In this document: piece after piece, positions 40,850 through 52,283 of the stretch | How positions within the stretch are numbered: position 1 is the first letter of the stretch | Layout of the letters: every line of letters starts with the position of its first letter | From: Sphagnum compactum | Taxonomy: Eukaryota | Direction of reading: 5' to 3' | Length of the DNA stretch: 64,000 bases | NCBI GenBank assembly: GCA_965153455.1 | Contig: OZ234493.1 | Location: forward strand, 36,198,213 to 36,262,212 | Notes under the pieces: model-generated | The model's database searches: none | What the model saw: the letters and a program-made list of their open reading frames with translations, nothing else | What the model was told of the DNA's origin: nothing | Made by a program: the position numbers and the translations under genes

Positions 40850-42100
40850 TATATTCTTATAACACATGTAACATGTAAACCATTGTTATAACAAGTGTCA
40901 TAGCCTAAAGTAATGATTCAAAAAAATTGTGCTATAAGAGAGGACATCGTCCAACTCATCCATTTGTTGGCACATTTTATGTATTCAAATCCCCGTTACA
41001 TTATGGTCATTATAATTGTGATGGTGATGTTAGTATCATCTCAATAGTCATTAATACCCATCAAGGCAACTCTTGAATAAGCCATTGTTCACCTTAGTAG
41101 ATCTGAGGGCATTATGGTCTATAAAGCAAATCATTTTCCCATATGCTATCCCCCACCATTGTAAATCACACTCACATTTTGAGTGCATTCTTTCTATAAT
41201 TTCTTAGAATTTGAATACTTAAAAAGACCCAACTTCTTGTAATAGGTCTATTTGCTCAAGCTCACAAATGTGTTACATGGTTTTCTTTTGGTCTGCATGT
41301 AGACTTTATCACCTAACCCTTATTTAACATCAGTTAAAACAGTATTAGACTATTAGGAGTTCCACTGAGTTTTCATTCATTCATGTCATTTTTTATTGAA
41401 TTTTTTTGAGTAAAAGATGTCTATTAACATGCATATATGTTTCCTAGGTTACGAAGTGTTTAGATGGCCTTTGTCTTATCAAAGCCTTGTTTTCTGTAGC
41501 ACCCATCATATTTGTTATGTTATTTACCTTCTTTTTTCACATTCTTGAACCTTTTTTTTAATACTTTGGCTATTTTACAAGTTTTGAGGTGCCTTTTAAG
41601 TCCAAAATCCTTTTATAATTTGAGTGAACTTTTAGTCTATAACAAGCTTAACACACTAATGAAAGGATCCATTTATATAGAATGTGTCAAACAATGCATT
41701 TTTTTTGGAAAGTGATGGGACCAAGTAATGTTATTGGAAGATTTGAAGCAATCAATTCTCATTGCTTGGAATGGATATAGACACCCATGGAATTAGTTGG
41801 GAAAGGAGGAAATGTCATTCTTAGTGTAGCTTGTGAATTTGCCAAGGAGCTTATATGGGAAGGACATAGAAAAAGGATATGGTGCAAATAGGATTGCAAG
41901 AGGGACAAATAGTTGAGGTTGATGATGCTCATCAAGATCAAGCTCCTATGAACTCAAGAGAATGGGTATCATTGGGCTCTTCCAAGAGTGTAAACTTCTA
42001 TTGGATTTTTACTCCACTTATCAAAGTGATCAGGAGATTTCAAAAGGAAATGCATCATTGAGTTCTTCTCACAATAGCTAGTTCCACGCATTGTACTTTT
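40850..42100 (+). mobile_element. Highly decayed non-LTR (CRE-like) reverse-transcriptase remnant
   Basis: Fragmentary translation PFVGTFYVFKSPLHYGHYNCDGDVSII..NTHQGNS..LFTLVDLRAL..FPICY..IVNHTHIL resembles the QGDPL...ADD RT core. Boundaries and clade are uncertain. Confidence 0.4.
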
Positions 42101-42685
42101 CATAATGGAATATGTTGGTTTCAAACAAATATTAATCACAAAGTTGATTCCACGAATGAAGGTTCTTCAATTTCATTTATTTTGTGAATACAAGGGATGA
42201 GAACACATAATTAAAGGACACCTTGGTTGTCAAGTATTTGCAAAAACAAAAATTAGAAAAAAATCATAGTTGATGATCTAAGGATTGAAATGGCTTTCTC
42301 TAGTTGTCAAAAAGGGGGCACGCATTGCAATGGGCCTAGGGGATATCGTTCCAAGCCCTAATTTGGAATACAAAAGTGTTATCTTTATGTTTAGTGAAGG
42401 TGTTGGAAAAGACCCACCAAGGAATGGGCCATTGTTATTGTTGAAAAACTTGTGACATATCATGCATTTGCCATCGTAATTGCAATGCAATTTCTAGGTG
42501 ATTGGTTTGTGGAGTTTTTGAAGGATAAAGTCATTTAAAAAAATCAAGTTATAAAGGGTTGTCTACAAGGACATGCAAGGGAGAAAAACAAGAGAATTGA
42601 AATGTATTTGTAAAAATCATTTCAATGACAACATGCAAATCGAGGAGTTAAAAAGATTTCCTTGTACACCAAAATGATAGACATC

Positions 42686-43005
42686 TTGTTGGCCTTGCCT
42701 TAGTAGGCAAGGATATTGTGTTTGGATTCATTATAGAGTATAGTAGCGTAAGGGATTTTGGCCCCTAGGTAATAGGTCTATTTTTATGTGAGGATTTTTG
42801 AAATATGATATTTTGGCTTGTGTTGAAACTGGAGGTTAGTTATAGAATTATAATATCTTGAAGGATTTTGGTTTCTTTTAGAGGATTTTTTTTGAAGATT
42901 ATATTTGGGCATGGTAAAATATTTGAATTTTCATAATTCTTCTTTTGTCTTAAGATACTTTTCAATGTAAATTTGGCAAGGCCACAGTGTGACACACCCC
43001 TTGTT
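42686..43005. mobile_element. ~320-bp dispersed element, copy 3
   Basis: Same family as 14197-14516; CTTGTT at both ends. Confidence 0.85.
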
Positions 43006-44486
43006 TAACTTGAGAGTTCCTCATTTTGGATCAGTCAGTTGTTCTTGGGCTCTTTTGTTGTTTGGACATAGTATCCCACTATAAGTGTTCGGCAACTATG
43101 TTTTTTGAGTGCTTGTGAACATCATGACTAACACTTCATGTTACATCTAGAAAGGTGACAAATGTTTTGCACTTGTTGTTGTGTTATTTTCAAAGTGTTG
43201 TTGTGGAGTTTTCAATGGTTGAAAAGTCATAGAAGTGTATAAAAGTCACCTACAAGGAAACCCATGATGGTTGATATTTGTAAGTCATTGCTGAGAATGC
43301 ATGTTTTTCCACCCAGGGATTAGGCTTGTGGAAACTTAGTTTACTTGCAAATTTAAATTGATTAATCTGCCCTAACAAGTTCAAAATTCCACATTCCTAA
43401 GTTTTTAGGGGGAAGAGTTAATGCCTCCTCAGTGAATCCCAACAAATCTAGTTGTTAATCTTGAGTTTTTTTGAGTAGATTGACCAACTAGTTTAATAAA
43501 CTATAAATTTCAGCAATAAATATATGTAGCTTTTTTGGTAGGTTCTCTGAACTCTAAACTTCAAACATAATGAGACTTTTTACATCATTTTTTATTGCTT
43601 TTTTCTCTTTCCCCCCCCCCTCAAAAATGGGGAGAGAGTTGAATTAAATTTCTTATTAGTTAATAACATGATACTTGTCAATTTATTCACACATATTTGG
43701 TCGGTGGAACCTTTGAAAAAAAATCATTTTCCATGCTAATTAATAATGTTCCACCAAATTATAAGTTAGAAAAATGTTGTCAATTATTACATACTTTTCA
43801 ATGGTGGACTGGCCTAAGCAATCTCCTCAGTTTCCACCAATTTTTGTATTTTACCCTACTTTGTAATTTCCTTAAACTTCAACAATTCAAACAAATAATT
43901 TCTAGAAAATTCAACATTTTCAAAAATTATTTAATTACTGTTGAACCTGAAAAGGTGCTATGGGACTGTGATCATTTTGCTTTTCAAAAATACATCAAGG
44001 AATACAGAAAAGGAAGAACTTTGTGATCAAAGAAGAGTGGCAAATCACTTGCTCCTTCCTTCACATTGTGCAAGCCCCAATCCTATGGGGCTTGCAAAAT
44101 CTCTTTTCAGTGTTGTCATCCTCTTCCACAATCAAGCTCCTGGTGGCAGTCCAGTACAGCCAATGCATGTGATATTTACACATTTGTTATGAGACGAGAA
44201 AGACATACATACAAGTGGGGACCCAAGTATGTGCCTGAATCAGCTTGATTTATCAACACAAGAGTAAGTGTCGAGCATAATGAGCACAGAGTTGGGAATC
44301 TCCCTCAGTAAAAAACCATGGGCAGATTGATTGCATAACATACACCCCCAAGCTTTAGAGGAGGAGAAACAACAATGACAAAAACAACAACAGGAGGGTG
44401 TTGAAATTTCAAGCATATTCCTTCATGGAAATCTGCAAATCAAAGCCAGTGACCTACAAACATGAAAAAGGGTGTCATGATTGTTG

Positions 44487-46380
44487 TCAAACTTTGCGGA
44501 ATTGACTGCCTGCGAAGACAATCAAGGTGGTCATTACAGCAGAATAGATGGGGTGGGGTGCACGGCGCACAATTGGACCCACAACTGGAAGTGATTCGGC
44601 ACCAGGCCTGCTCCACACAACTATGGTGGGGATCACAATTGAGAATATCAGTATGTTGGTGCTCACACGAGCTGATACATTTTTGGTGAACTTTTCCAGA
44701 AATGCTGCAAATTCGGTGCGGTCCAGCATCCCATCCTCATTCCTGTCAAAAGTCTGTGACAGACCCACCAAAGGTTCCCAATTCATAATCAGCACATGTC
44801 CCTCCATTGCTAAAGTAACTGTATTTCTGCAATTTGCCATTTCAGATGTAGTCCATAGGCACCAAAAGGAAAAAAACACATCAATGTGTGTTGTAGAACA
44901 AAAAAAGAGGTGACGAAAAGAAGAGATGCACCACACCTCCAAATACCCCTCCACCTCTTCTCTTGTTGGTGGGTCATTGAATGGGCCTGGCAGCTTCTTG
45001 TTAATATCACTGTACACATGTCAGAGATGCAAGGTTTCATGAACCACTGATGAAATCTCTTGCAGAAAGCTCTTGCAGTAACCAGCTTGGATCACACATG
45101 ACCCATTCACATATGTTAGGTCTTCTTCTCTCAGTTTGAAGAATGTATTGGAATTGCTCTATTTCCTGAAGCTAGAAGGGGAAGATGTATGGAAATATGA
45201 TAAGACTTGTGAATTTCACATTATGACTGCAGAGGAAACAATATGTGTGAAAATTTGCAGAGAAATATCCAGAACAACAATCACAGATTTCTTCATTATA
45301 CTTCTGCTAAAGCTGGCAAAGAAACAAGAGAAGAGAATGTATTACTTGTACACCAGCAAGATGGCACAGTAAAGGTCCTGCAATCCGAGTTTCTGAGAAT
45401 CGCTGGTACTCGTAAAGCGATCCCAGACTCGATCAACAATCTTCTTCACTTGCGGATTCTTCTGCTCCTTTGCTGCCTCACATCCACCACCACCACACAC
45501 AACCACACATGAACCTCAACACTTACAAATTCTTCTGTTCCTTTGCAGCCTCACATCCACCACATACAACCACAATCAACCTCAACATGCTCAGCATTGC
45601 TACAGACATAGGAAACAAGTATGACAAAATGGAAGAAGTTGTGTGGCAGGCAGAAACTAGTGTGACAAAAGGGATCAAACCCTAGTTTTCGCCTCCCCTT
45701 GTCCTTGATTTCAGCTTCTGTCAGTCCATCTTCTATGCCTTGCAATGTCATAAGGTTAAAACTTTTCTTGCAAACCCTGAAGAGTTTTGAAGAGTTTTGA
45801 AATGAATTTGAAATGGTTCTTGCAATCTCAGCTCAAAAACTTAACTGCAAAATCTGAAGAGTTTTGAAATGAGTTTGAAGTGGGTGCTGGCAATCTCAGA
45901 TCAAAACCTAACTGCGAACTCTGAAGAGTTTTGAAATGAGTTTGAAATGGGTTAGAGCAATCTAAGTTCAAAACCTAAACGCAAACTCTGAAAGAATTTT
46001 GAAACGAGTTGAAAATGATTTCCGGTCTCTCTCTCTCTCTCTCTCTCTCTACTGTTGCAAAAATCTTCCCATACAGAGAAGAATAAAGTTTAGATATTCA
46101 TAGTTATAAAACCCTAAGTCTCGTCAGTGGCAAAATGAAGAACTAAAAACCATGTCGTAGGGATATGCAAACATGAAAGCTTGAGTTCGTTGAATCAAAG
46201 CTAAAAGCAGCTCTTGTCTTTCAATTCACCAAGGATGAATCCATTTCTTTTGAGTAAATTCTCAGAACCACTCAGAGGTAGGTGTGAGCATAATAAGTCT
46301 TCAGGAAAATTTCATTGCCAGACAAGAGGACTAGAAGAAGTTTTGAGGACAGAAAGATGCTCACACTTGAGGTTCCCCAT
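44487..46380 (-). CDS. Small EF-hand Ca-binding protein (At2g44310-like), 160 aa; exons 46380-46365, 45472-45346, 45009-44937, 44753-44487
   Basis: Spliced product MGNLKSKEQKNPQVKKIVDRVWDRF...LQDLYCAILLVYNDINKKLPGPFNDPPTREEV...TFDRNEDGMLDRTEFAAF...PIYSAVMTTLIVF. EF loop DRNEDGMLDRTE, hydrophobic C-terminal segments, MGxxxS N-terminus. Phases are consistent (483 nt). Exon 1 is the least certain. Confidence 0.88.
45770..46020. repeat. ~67-bp tandem repeat, 4 copies, in intron 1 of the EF-hand gene
   Basis: gcaaa.tctgaagagttttgaaatgagtttgaaatgg...gcaatct.ag.tcaaaacctaa at ~45770, 45847, 45914 and 45981. Confidence 0.85.
46027..46050. repeat. (CT)12 microsatellite
   Basis: Read directly from the sequence. 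Confidence 0.9.
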
Positions 46381-47103
46381 GGGCAAGAGCTGGAGCTTCC
46401 TTCCTCTGGACCTCCCACAAAGCAAAATTCAGCTCAACATCTCCAAATGCATCCACAACACAAACGAAACCTCCTCATAACTGCGCCAGATGTCCAAATC
46501 CCATGTACAACAACAAAACCCTGCGATCTTCTTCACGTGTAAGATGGGTCCCATGAGACAAAAAAAGTTTCTTAGTGTAGGACAAAATTCGGGGAAGAAC
46601 ACAGTCAGGAGGAAAAAGAAATCCTGTTAGCCAATAAGACAAGGGAGCCAGCAAACAATTTATAGGAACTAATCAATATAACTAACAATAGGTACTACTA
46701 ATAATATTACAGCAATCTTAGTGATAAAAAGTCTTTGTCACATTTGGGAGATGATGATAAAGTTGTTTGGTTTTTTTTTCAGGATGGAGTAAGTTTGGCA
46801 CAAAAACTACTAGCCTAGACTTGAGGATCTTGCAGCAGGAAATCAAATGGAATATCACATGATGCAACCCTGCAAAACTTTGTTAATAAACACACCACAG
46901 ATTTGGAAAATGTACAAAGGAATAAGAAAAAGGAAAAGGGAGAATTTACAGGATGTCAAGTTAGCTCAAGCTAGATGTCAAAATCTCCCCATGTCAAAAA
47001 CTGACCGCCTGTAGATCCTATAAGTACTGATGATGAAGAAGAAGAAGAGCTGTAATCTGTATATTGTACAAGAAGTTGCCTTGATTTGTCAGTAACTATA
47101 CAA

Positions 47104-48466
47104 TTGATGTGGGCAGGCGTGCTCATGCACAGATCATTCAAACTGGTTGTGAGTCTCATGCCTTGTGAGCAGTTGCCTGGTTGACAGGTATGCCAAATGT
47201 GGGAGCATGGAGGATGCCTGCAGAGTGTTCAATAAGATTCGGTCATGTGATGTGATCACTTGGAATGTTATGATATTTGGACTTGTGAAATGTGGGAGGG
47301 GCACAAGGCACCAGGACTGTTTTGACAGATGCAACAGGAAGGTATGCAACCAGCTGCCTTCTTTTGTGGGGGTGCTGAATGCATTTGCCAGTGTAGTTGC
47401 GCTTGATGAGGGCAGGCATGTTCATGAGCAGATTATTGAAAGTGGGTGGGATTCAAATGCCTTTGTGGTGAGTAGCCTGGTTGACATGTATGCCAAATGT
47501 GGGAGCATGGAGGATGCAGAGAGTGTTTAACAAGATGCCATCTCGAGATGTGGTTGCCTGGACATGCCATCCATGGGCATGGTAAGGAAGCTCTTCAACA
47601 TTTTGAACAGATGTGTGAAGAAGGTGTACAGCCATTTGATACCACTTTTATGTGTCTTCTTTGAGCTTTGCAGCCATGCAGGTTTGGTGGATGAAGGCCT
47701 GTGTTGTTATTCTTCAATGAGCACAGTTTACATGATTTCTGCAAAATTGGAACACTATACCTGCATAATTGAGCATGGTTGACCTTCTTGGTTGTGCTGG
47801 CCATCTACAAGAGGCAGCAAATATGATCAAGGCCATGCCTGGTAAACCGAATGTGGCTGTTTGGAAGGCTTTGCTGGGTGCTTGCAGAATTCATGGTAAT
47901 GTGGAGATGGGAGAATGTGTGGAAAACAAGTTCTTGAACTGGAGCCTGAGAATGCAGAGGGTTATGTGCTGCTATCAAATGTGTATGCTGCTGCTGGCAA
48001 CTAGGATCTCAGTAAGAATGTTGAACGGCAGAGAAAGGAAAGAGGTGCGAAGAAACAGCCAGGTCACACCTGGATTGAAGTGAATAATGAGGTGCATACC
48101 TTTGTATAGGACAACAAAAGAGCGTCATCAGATTGTTGAAATCCATGCAGAACTGAAGAGATTGTCAGGGCTGATGCATGATCCAGGTATGTGGCAGATA
48201 CTAATTTTGTGCTGCAGGAAGAAGAAATGGTGTCTCATTTGTGTCACCATAGTGAGAAACTGGCTATTGCATTTGAGCTCATCAACACAGTACCTGGTAC
48301 TCCACTCTGCATAGTCAAGAATCTGAATCTGAGGGTTTGTCGTGATTGCCAAACTTGTGCAAAGTTCATTTCAAAGATAGTTGAGAGAGCAATTATGGTG
48401 AGGGATGCAAACCACTTTCATCACATTGAGAATGGCAGCTCCATCAAAGAGACAATCCAACACTAA
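47104..48466 (+). pseudogene. PLS-class PPR-E-DYW (RNA-editing factor type) pseudogene
   Basis: LVDMYAKCGSMEDA repeats, CSHAGLVDEG, MVDLLGCAGHL, WKALLGACRIHGN, PG-box KQPGHTWIEV, HSEKLAIAF and LRVCRDC are spread over several frames. In-frame stop after EVHTFV; the terminal CSCxDYW is missing. Confidence 0.9.
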
Positions 48467-49121
48467 TTGTTAGAGCCTTCTTGAAGGTAGATATCCTTCA
48501 GCAGTGTTTTCCTATTACATGGTAGCACGCAGCATCAGCAGCAAACATTGTCTTTCAGCTTTTAGTTTAGGTTAGGGGAACCGTGTACTGAAATCCATAT
48601 ACCCAGATGGGTTTCCAGATTCATATCATTTCACTACTTCGAGTTTATGCAATGGGTGAAAAGCAGTAGTTGCAAAGAAGTGCGGGAATGTAATAATACT
48701 ATTGCATGAACACTGAGCTGCACCTGCTGATGTCAATCATTCCCCGTGCTTGTGTCTCCATCTCTGTTTCCTTTCTACCAAAAAGATTGCATATTCTAGC
48801 AAGCATCAAGCTTGACTCCAAAGCTATTAACGCATATGGAATCCTTAGAAGATGGCAATGGTTGTAGACACAAATGAGAAGATGGGTCAGAGAAATGCAT
48901 TCCTCAGAATTGCTATTAGGCTAAAACAGGATACTTCTTCCTTGCATTCAATGGAAATGCTGAAGCTCTGAAAATCATTAGGTTGAATGTTGGAAGCATT
49001 TGAGAGGGGAAATTGTCACAAAATTTGGAGGGCATTTGGAGGGCAATGTATAACTGTTCATAACTAAACAGCTATTATCTGTCCTACAAAAGAGGACAGA
49101 TATTAGAGTTATCCATAAAGT

Positions 49122-49350
49122 AACCCTGTCTTTGGGCCTCCTTTCACCCCCTATCCCCTCTTTCAGTGGTCTCCGCAAAGTACGGAAATTTTATTAAATC
49201 GCAATATGAAAAACTCAGCATTCAATGCACGAGGTTCGAGGGTAACTATAGTGGTTGTACAGGTGGGAGCAATGAAAATATATGTAACAGCAGTGGAGGC
49301 GCTCAGGAAAAAGGAAAGACAGGATGAAACTCAGTTTACTATCAAAATTG
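49122..49350. repeat. Dispersed ~230-bp repeat (copy 2)
   Basis: Co-linear with 10088-10325. Confidence 0.75.
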
Positions 49351-50205
49351 ATGGTTTTTCTGAGTTTCACCTTCCCCCCACCCCCCCCCCCCCCCCCCCC
49401 CCCCCGCGGCTCTCGAATGCTAATGTACTTTTTTTGCAGGTTTTTTTTGAATCTCACCGTGTGTATGGTTTCTGGTGCTGTGTTTTCCTTACTTTACGGA
49501 TAACTCTATTGGAGTTAATCCTTAAAAGTGCCTATGAGTAGGCATAAGATCATTTGCACACTCTTTAGGAGTAGGTGTAACCTCCACCTCCAATGTGTAA
49601 AGGCTCATCTTTGCCTTGGGCTTTGTGCTGGGTAAAGGCCACAATGGGGGGACATTCCCAAAATGTGGGCATAGGCCCCTTGTTTTGGGAATGCCTAAAC
49701 CCTAATAGGGTTTGGCCCTACACTAAAACCCCCTCCTTGCCCTCCTCCTCATCCCAAACTTATTTTCTCCTTCACAGGAGACGTAAGTTGATTGAGGAAG
49801 CCATTTCAAATTTTGACGGTGTTAAGGACCATAGCCCTTCCCTTCCCACCCTTGGGCCCTTAAAACCTCATCCAGTGGCCTTACCCTATAATTGAGTGAT
49901 TGGTCATTAGCAGCATTTCTTTTAATTGGAAAATTTGACCCAAAATGCGAAATTAAAAATTAAAAATTTGGGAAAGAAGTGTTTTTGAAAGTTTTTGGTT
50001 GCTATAAGTGAGAAAAAAAACAGTAAAAATTGCTAGATTCAAATATTTGATATTAATTATGTAGCCAAAAATACAAAAGGATGATTAAAAATTATATTTT
50101 ATTTCTGGTTTCCTAGGGATGATAGCCACTTTGGCCACAAACAAAAATTCCTTGAAAAAAAACAGCGGTAGGTAGCCATTTTACACTCAAAATGGATGAA
50201 ATTAG

Positions 50206-50860
50206 CAGTGTTGGCCGGTTCTGGTTTTCGGCCAGTTCGGGTCCAGTTACGGGGTACTTGGATTGGACCGTTTCTTCAAAATGTGGAAAAATATATATAT
50301 TTCAGAACCGGAACTGGAACCAGTAACTGGCCAAGGACGGAAACCAGAACTGGAACTCCCAACCGGCCTCTGGCTAAAACCAGACCCAGAAGTGGAACTG
50401 GCCCCAAAACCTAGTATATCCAGTTTGCGGTTCTGAATTCTTTTAAATTTTAAATAATTTTTTTTCAAAAAAATTAAAATTTGGGGACTAGGGTTAGACA
50501 TCATTTTAGTTTGAGAAAGAAAAAAAAACAAGTTTTTGAATAATAATAACAACGACATTTTTTGGTGGTACAGTGCTAGTAAAAAGGAAATAAAATAAAA
50601 TAAAATCAGTTTTGGGCTAGGTAGAACGGGGAACCGGATCCGGTTGGGAACTGGACCCGCCTAAGAATTTATTTTAAAGAACCTGGAACCAGGGGGTCCT
50701 GAAAATGTGAAGAACCGGGTCTGGAACTAGACCGGAGGATCTATAAACTTTTTTTAAAGCATTGAACCGGAACCGGTGGTTCTTTCACACTGGGAAAAAA
50801 GGTTAGAACCTAGACCGGAGGTTCTCTTGTACAGGAAGAACTAAGAACCGGCCAACACTG
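50206..50860. mobile_element. hAT-type MITE, 655 bp
   Basis: Perfect 17-bp TIR CAGTGTTGGCCGGTTCT / AGAACCGGCCAACACTG. Flanks gaaattag and gaaatggg look like a degenerate 8-bp TSD (6/8). Many internal GAACCGG subterminal repeats. A degraded relative probably lies at ~21530-21900. Confidence 0.85.
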
Positions 50861-50890
50861 GAAATGGGCACCCCCAGATGAATGTGCCCG

Positions 50891-50898
50891 AACCCTAA
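50891..50898 (+). promoter_or_regulatory. Telo-box-like motif (AACCCTAA) in the probable promoter or leader of the RPP14-like gene
   Basis: The motif lies at the start of a CpG-retaining segment (50880-51170) typical of a gene 5' end. Confidence 0.4.
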
Positions 50899-51117
50899 CT
50901 CTTCTCCCGCCATCGCCCCCCGAGTAGAGCAGAGCAGAGCGATAGGAGTGCTTGCTTCGCGCAACAGAAAATCGAGCCACGAACAGACGGGAAAGGAAGC
51001 GATTCTCTCTGAAGATTTCATAGCAAGTTTTGCTGCTGCAGGTTTGGAGATTTGTCCATGAGGGATCAGTTGCAATCATGCTGACTGGCATGCGGTGAGA
51101 AAGGGGTTTTGTAAGAG

Positions 51118-51802
51118 ATGCCATCCAACAAGCTGCGAAGACGCCGGAAGCCTTCTCTTACCTCCATTTGTCTTACCCTGTAAGCTTTTCATCATTGCGA
51201 AGCTCTCCAAGTCCAATCATGCCTACTTTACTTAGTATTTATCTTTGTGCTGGAATAGAAATGCTATGTGCCTTCTCCTCAGTTCGGATCAGTTGTGGAA
51301 CAGGGTGCTGGGTGCTTCATCAATCAAAGCTACACAGGATGTTTTCCAAGAAGTTTTGGATGCAGCACTTACGGGGCTGTATGGCATAATCGGTGGAGCT
51401 CTTGTCTGGGAATTGATCGACTTCCAGAAAGACAAGCAGACAGCCATTGTCCGTTGTTATCAAGCGTGAGCCCTAAACCCCAAACTCTACACCCTCTTTG
51501 GTCCATGTTTTAGCACTTTCCTTTGATTCGGATACATTGATTTGCAGGACATGTGAATAAGAGCTTGATAGAGGTCACTACCAATGCCTTCAGTAGTTGT
51601 TGAAAATGCATAAGGTTTTAGGGTTCCATCTGCTAACAGCTTGTTAATTCTTGTGTATGGCAGTGACCAACAGAGAATATGTGCAGCGGCTGGGTTCATG
51701 ACACAATTTAAAGGACTCCCTTGTCGCCTTCAAGTGCTGCAGACATCCCCAGCTCTTCTGCAGCAGTCTAGCATGGATCAGGATGGGGCCAAGGACTTGT
51801 AG
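51118..51802 (+). CDS. RPP14: RPP14/Pop8-like RNase P/MRP subunit (Rpp14/Pop5 family), ~127 aa; exons 51118-51179, 51283-51465, 51664-51802
   Basis: Phase-consistent GT-AG model (62+183+139=384 nt). FQEVLDAALTGLYGIIGGALVWELIDFQKDKQTAIVRCYQADQQRICAAAGFMTQFKGLPCRLQVLQTSPALL aligns without gaps to recalled human RPP14 FKQLLISAVKDLFGEVDAALPLDILTYEEKTLSAILRICSSGLVKLWSSLTLLGSYKGKKCAFRVIQVSPFLL. The exon-1 frame is uncertain. Confidence 0.78.
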
Positions 51803-52283
51803 AAAACCAATTGCAAGGAACACCTAGATTTCCTGTTTCCCGTTGTGGTGTTTGAGTTTTCAACATGGTGGGGGGTCTTCTTGCCTGGATATTTTCATTG
51901 TGAAATACTACCTATTGGCCAGAATTTTCTGCCAAATGTATGTCCTTTTATGAGCATTGTGCACATCTTGGTCACAGCATCTCTTGTTCCTGAACCCTAA
52001 CCTTTTTCTTGATCAATTTTGCTGCCTTCAAGCTCTGTGTGTTAATAATAGCTCACCAATTCCAGTATGTGGTTTGTTGAATTGCAGTGGGTTGGAGCTT
52101 AGAGAAAAGTTTTGCGGGTTTCTGGTGAAGTTTTTAGGGGCAGCATATGGAGAGCGGCAGCTGGCAAGGGAAAGAATAAAGCAATGCAGATCCTCTGATC
52201 ATCATAGTTATCCTTTTGTTTCAAGGTTCAGTGAACATTAAGGAGAGATTTTTTTTTCTAGGAGGGTTAGAGAGTTGAGATAA

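Noticed and set aside
49206-49541. Poly-Pro / poly-Gly ORFs
   Set aside because: Produced by a poly-C run next to a dispersed repeat.
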